Source of the DNA: the human T2T-CHM13v2.0 reference genome, Homo sapiens
NCBI RefSeq assembly: GCF_009914755.1
Contig: NC_060934.1
Direction: 5' to 3' (one strand)
DNA length: 64,000 nucleotides
Part shown: piece by piece, positions 25,137-36,960 of the stretch
Numbering within the stretch: position 1 is the stretch's first letter
Layout: every line of letters begins with the position of its first letter
The notes under the pieces: model-generated
The model's database searches: none
The model's input: only the letters and a program-made list of their open reading frames with translations
Told to the model about the DNA's origin: nothing
Made by a program: the position numbers and the translations under genes

Positions 25137-27584
25137 TAGGCATACCTCATTTTATTGTGCTTCACAGATACCTCACTTTACTGTACTTCACAGATACTCC
25201 ATTTTAAAATTTTTATTATATTATATTGTATATTTTTTTAAAAATTGAAGATTTATAGTAACTCAGAGCCCAGCAAATCTATTGGTGTTATTTTTCCAAC
25301 AGCACATACTAACTTCATGTCTCTGTGTCACATTCTGGTAATTCTCACGATATTTCAAGCCTTTTCATTATTTTACATCTGTTGTGGTGATCTATGAGCA
25401 GTGATCTTTGATGTTGCCTATTGGAATTGCTCTAGGGCACCATGAACCATGACCATATTAGATGGTAAACTTAATCTATAATGCTGTGTGTGTTCTGACT
25501 GCTCCACCCACCAGCCATTCCACATCTCTCTCTCTCCCTCCCCCCCTTAGGCTTCCCTATTCCCTGACGCACAACAATATTAAAATTAGGCCAATTAACA
25601 GCCCTCCAATGGGCTCTACATGTCTAAGTAAAAGGAAGAGTTGCATGTCTCTCACTTTAAATCAAAAGCTAGAAATGATAAAGCTTGTGAGGAAGGCATG
25701 TTGAAAGTCAAGACAGGCCCAAAGCCAGGCCTCTTTTGCCAAACAATTACCAAAGCATGAATACAAAGGAAAAGTTCTTGAAGGAAATTAAAAGTGCAAC
25801 TCCAGTGAAAAGAAAACAAAACAGCCTTATTGCTAATATGGAGGAAGTTTCAGTGGTCTAGATAGAAAGAACATCAAACCAGGCACAATATTTCCTTAAG
25901 CCAAAACCTAATCCAAAGCAAGCCTTCAAATTTCTTCAGTTCTATGAAGGTTGAGACAGCTGAGAAAGCAGCAGAATAAAAATTTGAAGCTAGCAGGCAG
26001 AGGTTGGTTCAGGAGGTTTAAGTAAAGAAGCCATCACCGTAACATAAAAGTGTAAGGTGAAGTAGCATGTGCTTTTGTAGAATTTGTAGCAAGCTATCCA
26101 GAAGATCTTGCTAAGGTGATTGATGAAAGTGGTTACACTAAACAACAGATTTTCAATGTAGATGAAACGGTCTTCTATAGGAAGGGGATCTCATCTTGGA
26201 CTTGCATAGCTAGAGAGGAAAAGTCAATGCCAGGCTTCAAAACATCAAAGTTTAACCTGACTCTCTCATTAGGGGCTAATGCAGTAGGTGAATTTACATC
26301 TAAGCCAATGCTCATTTACCATAAAACCTTGGAGCTTTTAAGAATTATGCAAAATCTACTTTGCCTGTGCTCTATAAATAGAATAACAAAGTCTGAATGA
26401 CAATATGTCTGTTTACAGCATAGTTTACTGAATATTTTAAGCCCACTGTTGAGATGTACAGCTCAGAAAAAAAAGATTCCTTTTGAAGTATTACTGCTCA
26501 TTGATAATGCACCTGGTCTTCCAAGAGCTCTAATGGAGATGTACAGGAAAGTTATTGTTTTCATGGCTGCTAACATCCATTCTACAGCCTGTGAATCAAG
26601 GGGTAATTTGAACTGTCAAGACTTAGTATTTAAGAAATACATTTCATAAGGCTGTAGCTACCATATATAGTGATTCCTCTTGAGGATCTGTGTAAAGCAA
26701 ATTAAAAATCTTCTGGAAATGACTTATCATTCTAGATGCTGTTAAGAACATGTATGGTTCAGGGAAAGAGGTCAAAGTATCAACATTAACACAAATTTGG
26801 AAGAAGTTGATTCCAACTCTCATGGATGACTTTGAGAGGTTCAAGGCTTCAATGGAGAAAGTAACTGCAGATGTGGTGGAAATAACAAGACAACTACAAG
26901 TGGAGCCTGAATATGTGACTGAATTGCTACAATATCATAACAAAACTCAAATGGATGAGGAGTTACTTTTTATGAATGAGCAAAGAAAGTGGTTTCTTGA
27001 GAAGGAATCTACTTCTAACAAAGATGCTGTGAACATTGTTGAAATGATAAAAAAAGATTTACAGTAATACATATACTTAGATAAAGGAGCAGCAGAATTT
27101 GAGGGGATTGAATCCAATTTTGTAACAAAATTTACTGTGGGTAAAATGCTATCACAGAGCATCATATGCTACAGAAAAATCTTTTGTGAAAAGAAAAGTC
27201 AACTGATGTGGCAATCTTCATTTTTGTTCATTTTAAGAAATTGCTGCAGCCACCACCACCTTCAGCAACCACCACCCTAATCAGTCAGCAGCCATCAACA
27301 TCTTAAAATAAGACTCTCCACTAGCAAAAAATATTATTACTCTCCTAAGGCTCAGATTATTATTAGCATTTTTTAAGCAATGAAATATTTTTTAAAATTA
27401 AGGTATGTGCATTGTTGTTTTAGACATAATGCTATTGCACACTGAATATACTATAGTATACTTTAATTATTACTTTTATATGCACTGGGAAATGAAAAGA
27501 AAATGTGTGGCTTCCCTTAGCATAATAATCACTTTATTACAGTGGTCTAGAACTGAACTGACAATAAACTCAGAGGTATGCCTT
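25137..27584 (+). mobile_element. Tigger1, full length (about 2.45 kb), non-functional
   Basis: TIRs (T)AGGCATACCTC and GAGGTATGCCT(T); preceded by TA; internal pogo transposase fragments. Confidence 0.95.
25609..27240 (+). pseudogene. Decayed Tigger1 pogo-family DDE transposase
   Basis: Track fragments SLTLNQKLEMIKL (HTH), [21 protein letters not shown] and WKKLIPTLMDDFE are separated by frameshifts and stops. Confidence 0.9.
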
Positions 27585-27863
27585 CATGAAATGCAAAACA
27601 TAGTACAAGAGATAAAGAGGAATATTTCATAATGATAAAATGGTGAATACACAAGAAATTTATAACAATTTTAAATTTGTTTGCACCTAATAAACTCTAA
27701 CAGGACAACTAATGAATTAAATGGTGAAATAGACAATCTAATTATGATGGAAGTAGCATCTCTTAACAACTGATAAAACAAGCAGCAAAACATGTGGTAA
27801 GGATGTTAAGGATTTGAACAAGACAATTAATAAAATTAACCTAAATGGCCAGTGTAGAACAAT

Positions 27864-28036
27864 TAGAGCCAGCTCATGGCTGTGTGACCTGTGCAGTCAC
27901 ACTAAGCGCCATTCCTAGAAGGGCCGCACACTTGTTTTAATGCTCTAGCACCACTGTGTTGAAATTCTTAGTTTTTGAGCAAGGGGTTCCATGTTTTAAT
28001 TTTTCACTGGGCCCACAAGTCAAATAGCCAGTTCTG
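27864..28036 (+). mobile_element. MER91A (hAT-Tip100)
   Basis: GTGACCTGTGCAGTCAC...AGAAGGGCC...TTGAAATTCTTA...CACTGGGCCC...TAGCCAGTTCTG; 8-bp TSD AGAACAAT/CCAACAAT. Confidence 0.85.
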
Positions 28037-28250
28037 CCAACAATTATGAAAAGCACATTATTATTATTTTTATTTAAATAGATTTTTGTGGAAAAGGTGG
28101 TGTTTGATTACATGAATAAGTTCTTTAGTGGTGATTTCTGAGATTTGGGTGCACCCATCACCCAAGCAGTGTACACTGTACCCACTGTGTAGTCTTTTAT
28201 CCCTCACCCTCTTCCCACCCTTTCCCCCAAGTCCCCAAAGTCCATTGTAT

Positions 28251-28685
28251 TGAGAGGTGAAGCCAGCTGGACTTCCTGGGTTGAGTGGGGACTTGGAGAA
28301 CTTTTCTGTCTAGCTAAAGGATTGTAAATGCACCAATCAGCACTCTGTAAAATGGACCAATCAGCAGCATGTGGGCGGGGACAAATAAGGGACTAAAAGC
28401 TGGTCACCCCAAACAGCAGCGGCAACCCACTTGGGTCCCCTTCCATGCTGTGGAAGCTTTGTTCTTTCACTCTTCACAATAAATCTTGTTGCTGCTCATT
28501 CTTTGGGTCCTCTTCCATGCTGTGGAAGCTTTGTTCTTTCGCTCTTCACAATAAATCTTGTTGCTGCTCATTTTTTGGGTCCATGCCACCTTTAAGAGCT
28601 GTGACACTCACCACAAAGGTCTGTGGCTTCATTCTTGAAGTCAGCGAGACCAAGAACCCACCAGAAGGAACCAACACCAGACACA
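28251..28685 (+). mobile_element. Short LTR12-family solo LTR (LTR12F/LTR12_-like; HERV9)
   Basis: TGAGAGGTGAAGCCAGCTGG...CCAGACACA; perfect TSD GTAT; CCAATCAGC boxes; internal 72-bp duplication. Confidence 0.92.
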
Positions 28686-29308
28686 GTATCATTCTTATGC
28701 CTTTGTGCCCTCATAGCTTAGCTCCCAATTATGAGCAAGAATATACAATGTTTGGTTTTCCATTCCTGAGTTACTTCACTTAGAAAAATAGTCTCCAATC
28801 CCATCTCGGTTTCTGTGAATGCTATTATCTTGTTCCTTTTTATGGCTGAGTAGTATTCCATGATATATATATACACACACACACCACATTTTCTTTATCC
28901 ACTCATCAATTGATGAGCATTTGGGCTGGTTCCATAGTTTTGCAATTGTGAATTGTGCTGCTATAAACATGTGTGTGCAAGTATTTTTTTGTATAATGAC
29001 TTATTTTCCTCTGGGTAGACACCTAGTAGTGGGATTGCTGGATCAAATGGAGATTCCTTAGTTCTTTAAGGAATTGCCACACTGTTTTTCATAGTGGTTT
29101 TACTAGTTTACATTCCTGCCAGCAGTGTGAAAGTGTTCCTTTTCACCACATCCATACCAACATCTATTATTTTTTTATTTTTGATTATGGCCATTCTTGC
29201 AGGAGTAAAGTGGTATCGCACTGTGGTTTTGATTTGCATTTCCCTGATAATTAGTGATGTAGAGCATTTTTCCATATGCTTTTTGGCCATTTGTATACAT
29301 TCTTTTGA

Positions 29309-29631
<323 letters not shown>

Positions 29632-31600
29632 CTTAGCTCACTTTTTGATAGGATTTTTTTTTTTCTTGCTGATTTGTTTGAACTCTTTGTAGATTATGGA
29701 TATTAGTCCTTTTTTGATGTATAGATTGTGAAGATTTTCCCCCACTTTGTGGGTTGTCTGTTAACTCTCCTGGTTATTTCTTTTGCACAGAAGATTTTAG
29801 TTTAATTAAGTCCCATCTATTTATCTTTGTTTTAGTTCCATTTGCTTTTGGGTTCTTGGTCATTAGGTCCTTGCCTGAGCCAATGTCTAGAAGGGTTTTT
29901 CCAATGTTCTAGAATTTTTATGGTTTCAGGTCTTAAATTTAAGTCTTTGATCCATCTTGAATTGAGTTTTATATAAGGTGAGAGATGAGGATCCAGTTTC
30001 ATTCCTCTAAATATGGCTAGCCAATTATCCCAGCACTATTTGTTGAATAGGGTGTCCTTTCCCCACTTTATGTTTTTGTTTGCTTTGCAGATCAGTTGAC
30101 AGTATGTATTTGGCTTTATTTCTTGGCTATTTATGCTGTTCTATTGGTCTATGTACCTATTTTTATTCAAGTACCACGCTGTTTTGGTGACTATGGCCTT
30201 ATACTACAGTTTGAAGTCAGGTAATGTGATGCCTCCAGATTTGTTCCTTTTGCTTGGTCTTGTTTTGGCTACGTGGGCTCTTTTTTTGGTTCCATATGAA
30301 TTTTAGGATTTTTTTATAGTTCTTTGAGGAATGATGGTGGTATTTTCATGGGAATTACATTGAATTTGTAGATTGAAAAAGCACATTATTTTCAAGCACA
30401 TTTAACTATATGTGTACTTATAGTCTGCTGTCTCACTTGTCTGTTTCCTTAGTTCAGTGAAGTTCAGATTTATGTGCAGTAGAATTCATACAGGTGGAGA
30501 ATCTTAGCCTCTATTCCCAGATATTCCAATTTGTCTGAATTTTGGGCCCAAGAATCTGCATTTTTAGTAGGCAGGGATTTAAAGAGCATTATTGAATTTC
30601 CTGATTAGGGCATTCCTCCTTAAGAAACAAAATATGTGAGCCAACATACAACCGAATTACAAAATAAATTATTAGACACTTAGCAGGATATACTGCCCAA
30701 AGCTTGACTCTCTGAGAATTTAACATGATGAGTATAGGGGCTTTTAAGGAGTAAAATGAGGACACTAAAATTTGCTCCCTACCCCTTCCCTTCCACCGAG
30801 GTAGAAATGGGAAATGGGTGTTCGAGTGTATCAGATGATCTAGGACATATCCACAATGAGATTCTGTTATTGAAGAAAAGAAATGAAGGGGTCATTTGAT
30901 ATTTTCCATGTTGAGGAGAGCATGCTAGGGTCCTAAAGAGAAAATAAGAAGGGAAAACTGCGAAGTTTTACATCTGTGATTACCTATGATAGCCTCACTA
31001 GATTTCAGTGGAGTGGAATACATTGGTGGCAAGAGAGGCCCCATGCAAGAGCAGAACTCACCATCTCACACAGAGTGAATCCTCACCTGAGGGATTTCAT
31101 ACCCTATATGGCCTCCAGATGAGTAGGGCCATTGTCTTTCTCAGCTTTCGCATAGTACCCATACTATGCGAAATATATCTTTCAGTATCCACGGAAATGT
31201 GATCTTCTCTGTCCTTGCCTTCTAGTCATCTAGCCATAGCCTGAGATGTCAGCTTCATTAAAATTCTAAGCCGGGTTGTAAGCTTTCCACTGAGCGCTTT
31301 ACCTGGTATGAAAGAGAACCTTAATTGCTACTGTTTTGGAAAGAGATTAGAGCATACGGAATCACTCTAAGCTTGTTAGAAAGGTCAGAGATTGTTTAAA
31401 CAGCATCTCTGTATAAGCCAGATGTTTCATGAACATAACAACATTTCTGTGGTATACCCAATCATATCTCCATTGCCTCCTAGCAATCATGTTAGAAAAC
31501 TGATAATGGAAAATCTCTACAAGGGAATGGAGATCAACCCATCTTTTGTGAGTAGTACAGAAAAATATTAGCTGTTTTGAAGGAGAGAGAAAATGGTAGG

Positions 31601-32243
31601 CAATGGATTCCAACGCTAACTTCGTATCAGGAGCTCCAGTGGAACTTTGAAAAGTTACAATGGAGGAACCTGGAAGACATAATGTTAGTTGAAATAAGCC
31701 AGACATAGAAAGACAAATACTGCATGATCTTACTTATATGTGGAACATAAAAAGTTGATATTATAGAAGTAGAGAATAGAACAGTAGTTACTAGGGACTG
31801 GGGAGGGGGGTATAGGGGAAAAGAGGAGAGATTAGTCAATGGATACGAAATTATACTTAGGAGGAATAAAACCTGGTGTCTTATTGCATACTAGGATGAC
31901 TATCGTTAAAAATAATGCAAAGAATATTTCAAAATAGCTAGAAAAGAGGATTTTGAATGTTTTCACTACAAATAAATGATAAATGTTTTAGGTTATGGCT
32001 ATGCTAATTACCTGATTTGTTCATTATACAGTGTATACAAGCATCAAAAGATTACATTGTATGCCATAAATATGTACAATTATTGTGTCAACTAAGATAA
32101 AAAATTTTAAAACTCTTAAAAGCTTACAAATAGCCAGTTCCTACCCTAGAGATTTGGTTTCAGTTGGTATAAGGTGGTTCTAGGTTTTTGTAATTTTGTC
32201 AGATATTGTGATTATGTAGTACGTCCCGGGTGAAGATTACTAT
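31601..32243. mobile_element. MER5-family element split by L1MA
   Basis: CAATGGATTCCAAC...GAACTTTGAAAA, resuming at CCTAGAGATTTGGTTTCAGTTGGT...GGGTGAAGATTACTA. Confidence 0.55.
31660..32112 (+). mobile_element. L1MA6/7-type 3' end
   Basis: GAAATAAGCCAGACATAGAAAGACAAATACTGCATGATC...CAAAATAGCTAGAAAAGAGGATTTTGAATG...ATAAATATGTACAATTAT. Confidence 0.85.
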
Positions 32244-32619
32244 GGTAAAGATTCTAAAAGCAAACCTAGATGCATTGGAGGGACATGAAGTTTAGGGCTT
32301 TATGCACTAAAAACTCAGTGTGGTTTATGTGATTTCACAAGAGACTCAAGATAATTTAATATGAAAATGTAATTCCTAAAGAACTGGGGTAGGAGAGATG
32401 ACTGTTTGCAATCCAGTCTTTCTTGAAATAGACTTCTTAAAACAAGCAAAGTTATTTTATCTCTGGAAGCAGAGATCAGCCCCTTTGCAGATCCGATGGT
32501 TTTAGTTAGGATTGCTTCTGTGGTCAGAGGCTCTCTCTCAGTAGCCCTCATTACTTTATTCTACAGGTAATTTTTGAGCAGCAGTAGTGCATGATGGAGG
32601 GTTCTGATGGTGGAGTAAA

Positions 32620-32865
32620 AAAAATGGTAAACAGGCCACAAAAGGCCCCGACTTCTTTTGGGGAAGACAGACAATATGCAAGTAAACAAATACGTATATT
32701 GCATGTTAGGAAGTGATGGGAAACACAAAAAAGCAGCTTCAGAGTAGAGTCCAGGTTTATGAAGGAGTTTGGGAAGGCCATACAGGTGAGATGATCTTGG
32801 AGCTCACGTCTGAAGGAAGTGAAGATGTGAGGAAATGAGCCACAGGGTCCACAGGGTTTCCCTAG
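32620..32865 (-). mobile_element. L2 fragment
   Basis: GGGGAAGACAGACAAT...GGAAGGCC...TGAAGGAAGTGAAG...ATGAGCCA. Confidence 0.55.
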
Positions 32866-34999
32866 CATATTTTTAGTTTCTCCTTATTTATAATCCTTAA
32901 AGTTTCAGAATTTGAAATCACATTTTTGGTCTGTAAGATTTCTTTGCTGATTTTGTCATATTGTGCTTAAAAATGCCAAGTATTTGTCAATCTTAAAAAA
33001 ATGCAATTACAGTTGTTTATATTTTATTCTGTTTTTCAGACTAAAACCATTTTATAATGGGATATTTCCTTTAAATCCTCATAAGATTCTCCCCTTTTCT
33101 CCTAAATTGCATTATATATTTGATGCTTTTACTCAGCTTGCCCCATTGTAAATGGACACAGGAAGATCTGGTATTTATCATAGTTTTATTTGGCTAGTCT
33201 GTGGTTATTCTAGGTGGCTGTGAAGAACATAGAGGGTGGGTACATACAACTGGGAAGTAACTGCTTTGCTAACCATGCCTGAGTTAGCTGAGGGGCTGCT
33301 CCTGATTCTTGAAGCCTTCCTTCACTGTGGATTACAGCAATCTTCAAGGTTTATTCCTAGTTGTCTGTGTTAAAAAAATTGATTGGTAAGTGTGTCAAGG
33401 TAAATGGGTTTTCTGTTGATATGACACAGCCAGGAACTGTTCAAGTTACTCAAGTTACTCTCAGGTCATCACTCCCGTTTCCCATGATTCTCAATCACTG
33501 CACTTCTGATGTCCTGTTTTATGTATGTTCCTGTGAATGTAGACCCATGGAGACTTGTTAGTTTCCTATCTGCATGATCTTGTTCTGTTATGTAGTGTAG
33601 TGGGCTAACACTTAACACTTAATTCTGGAGTTTGGCTTATATTTTTTGACGTCTGAAACCCTTTATTATTAGAAGTACATCTGTCTCCATGTTTAATGTA
33701 TTTTTTACTCATTTCAAAAGAAACTTGAAAAAAAAACCCAGTTATTAAATGAGCTCAAATTGCTTTACTGAAAGGAAGTAAATGTCCTATCTATACCTAA
33801 ACTTTAGATCCCTGTTGCTAGGAGAGCAAGAAGACCCATGGTTGCCTGTCTTCACCCCATCAAAGTCTCCAAGTTCTTTGTTCTGTGGTACTAACTCTAG
33901 TGTCAGCATCTTACTTATGGAGAGCTCCTAGAGATTTACAGTAAGAAATACTGGATACCCCCATAATTACTACATATTTCTTGTAAAATAAAAAGATACC
34001 AAAAATACTGACTGCCCAGACCCATATTGCCTATAACATGCATGTCGGCAGAGTGGGCATAACAATGAAAATAAGCACGTCATTATAGAAACAGTTATGG
34101 CATTGGAAATGGTCTTGCTGCCTTTCCATACATCTTACATCCTCACAGCTCGTGTGTAAAATACACAGATGAGAAATTACTTTTTGAGTTAGGATCATGG
34201 CTGACTTTTGTCATGTATCTTAAGCACCGTTTCAGGGATTATGCAAAAGGAGTAACATTCAATTATGTTGTGGGTTTTAAATTTAGCCAATCAATTTTTT
34301 ATACATCAAGAGAGAGCAAATGTATAACACTTCATCATTGCCCAGTGAAACATTTAATACCTGGATTTATGCACCATTTATCTCAGTCTGCAGCCTTACA
34401 TTACTCTTTCTTATTTAATTTACTCTACTGTATATGTGTGCAACAAATTTCCATTTTCAACAGAGAATTTTAATGTCTGCAGCAGAATACAAGTTGGTAG
34501 ATATGGATTTTGTCAAGTTGAGGTATTGATAGTTTAGTTATATTCCTGATTCAGCAAATACTGTGGCCCTGGCATGTTTAACCCCACCCAAGAATATGAA
34601 CTTTAAAATAGTGTTTTAGAATAAATTATATCTATAAGCCAAATCCAAGTGTTAACATATGGTCAAAAAATGTTGTTGATGTATGACTTCTCAGTCACTT
34701 TTCCAATCAAGTTTGAATGATGCTTTTCCATAAGCCAAAAAGTTCATGAGTCAAGAAACTACAACTCTAGAATGAAAATAAATGATGTAAGTTTAAGACT
34801 ACTAATCACTTCCTATTGCCTACTGAATAAAATTGAAATTCCATGTCCATAGTCAGCGCCCCAACTGTCTTTGCAGACTCATCCTTGTTGTGTTACACAC
34901 ACACACACACACAAATCCACCCCCCCCCACCAAAAAAACCAGTTCATTTTTTAGCCATTCCTGATTCTTTCTTTGGTTTTATCTTCTAAATATGTTATT

Positions 35000-35305
35000 T
35001 ATACTAACTAGATGTCTTTTCCAAATTGTCCAGATGTAAACTGCTTTTCTTTAAGATCTAGCTCTCAAGCATCATTTTTCCTTTGAGTTGCCCTTAGCTT
35101 CTTCAACAAGATAGCAAATGTTATTTCCTTCTCTGTGTTCCTGCACCACTTTCTGCATTCCTGAAATCTTGGAATTAATTCATGTACACATCACTGTAGA
35201 TAGACTGTGAGTTCCTTAAGGAAAGAGAATGTAATTATCTCATCTTTCAATCCTCAGAAACTAAAGCCATGTTTGACTCTGAGTGGGCATTCAACTGAAT
35301 AACAA
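35000..35305 (+). mobile_element. L2 3' fragment
   Basis: TAGACTGTGAGTTCCTTAAGG...TCATCTTT...GGCATTCAA. Confidence 0.6.
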
Positions 35306-35672
35306 CATTAAAATGCACTGGTTAAATTTAGAATTTTTACATATGGGGATAGTGGTAAAAATATTTACTTGTAGTTTCATAGACATTATTAGTTTATTGA
35401 AAATTAAGAATGTCAGCATTTCTCTGTATTGTCAGCCACATATCTTATGTTGAATTTTCTGAAAATAAATTCTAAAGAAACAAAATAGCACTTCTGAAAT
35501 TGTAACCAGGAGACATTCATCTACTTGCTTACTTTATAAATGTTTATGGAGCACCAACTAGATCCTCCACTTTGTGTGAAACACTCATGAAACCACAACA
35601 ATCAACACAAACTAGATGTTTGTCCTCAAGCAATAAAAAATGAGCAATTTAAAAAAGTGCAATCGGTATTAT

Positions 35673-36393
35673 TGTTACAGCCTGATGGGTTAGTCTTGCC
35701 CACTGCCCAGAAAAGCTAATGCACAGAGAACAGCAGGCATTGCAGCAAAGAAAGTTTTATAATTGCAGGGCTAGCCCAATGGAAGGAAAGAAGGTATTTG
35801 TCAACACTGTCTCCCAGGGAATTCCAGGTTCTTTAAGGGTACTTTGGCGGTCAGGGGGCTGGGGAACTGAAGCAATTGATTGGCTGGAAATGAAATCATG
35901 TAGCTGAGTCAGTTCATGGGCACGGGGTCTCAGGACCAGGTGGCATCTCATGGTTTAAAAAAATGCTCAGTCTGAAAAATATCTCAAAGAACAGTTCCTT
36001 AGGTTTCACAATAGTGATGATATCTTTAGCAATAGTTGGGGAAGTTATAAATCTTGCAATCTCTATTTACATGACTCTGGGGCAGTAAACAACTTACAGA
36101 AAAGCAAACTAAACAAGAGTGGGGTATTACTTAACTATGCGTATTCTTTAGCAAAGCTCAAGCCCCTAACATAATTCTAATGCTTTCTTATGAATGAGCC
36201 TTATTTTTTTTTTTCAAAAAAAGAGGGAGGTTAGTTTTTCTTTCCTCAAAGTTTAACTATAAATTCCTCTAATATTTAACTGACCTCCAGCTAGAATAAG
36301 CAAAAATCAAGTTAGCCTGTGGAGTTAGAAGCAAAACGGTGTCAGTCATGTTAGATTTCTCTCATGAATTACCATTCTGCTAAGGTGGTTTCA
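35673..36393 (-). mobile_element. ERV1 MER4-group LTR (LTR8/LTR49-like), the 3' LTR of a minus-strand provirus
   Basis: Minus strand reads TGAAACCACCTTAGCAG...TGTAACA and is preceded by the polypurine tract GATGGGGCAGGGGAGC. Confidence 0.8.
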
Positions 36394-36599
36394 GCTCCCC
36401 TGCCCCATCTTTGGGCTTGAGCACATCTCATTCCTGAAATGTGGGCTAATGAGATGAAACAGGGTTGATGATCTCTCTGGCATCTTCTTGCTGACAGCAC
36501 AGTTGAGGTTGCGATTGTACCCATATGAGGACTGAAACATCAGTTGTCTGCATGTACTCACAGGTATCTGGTTGAGTTCCCAAGGTTTGCATAACAAGA

Positions 36600-36960
36600 C
36601 ATTACTACTTTCATCCACAGTTTTAGCATAACACCTAAGAGAATAGCAGACTATAAGGTAAATAATAAGCCCTAATGAAAGGAGTGAAAATCTGAGTTTC
36701 AGAAATCCCTGTAAAAAATGATCTAAAGCTTGAGGAATCCAGGTTAATAACCCCAAAAAACAATCAGGCATGGGGCTATTAGTGGAGATAACCATGTCAC
36801 TTGTTGGGAGATTTTTTCTACTCAGGTTTTAACTTTTCCTGAGGTGTATAAATAGGTGAAGCAAGTGGTGTTAACACTGCACAGACTCCCTCCTGTTTAC
36901 CCAACAGGAAATCTAGCATGTCCCAATTGTCTAGGACTACCTGGACTAACAAGGGAACTT
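36600..36960 (-). pseudogene. env: Gammaretroviral-like env TM remnant (ISD, CX6CC region, membrane anchor)
   Basis: 36949 to 36875 translates LVQVVLDNWDMLDFLLGKQEGVCAV; after a frameshift NTTCFTYLYTSGKV; then GLLTWIP...LLSLGLIIYLIVCYSLRC in track ORF 36391..36795. Confidence 0.8.

Larger units (their letters stand above)
24100..28062 (+). mobile_element. Old L1M ORF2 endonuclease-region fragment hosting nested insertions (pieces at about 24100-24290, 24600-24716, 27585-27863, 28045-28062, resuming at about 30377)
   Basis: TAAATACTACAATTAAG, GACACACTTAAAATATAAGG, AGAGATAAAGAGGAATATTTCATAATGATAAAA and CACATTATTTTCAAGCACAT occur in L1 order. Confidence 0.7.

Noticed and set aside
25609-27240. 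Possible domesticated TIGD1-like transposase gene
   Set aside because: Multiple stops and frameshifts; an ordinary decayed Tigger1 copy.
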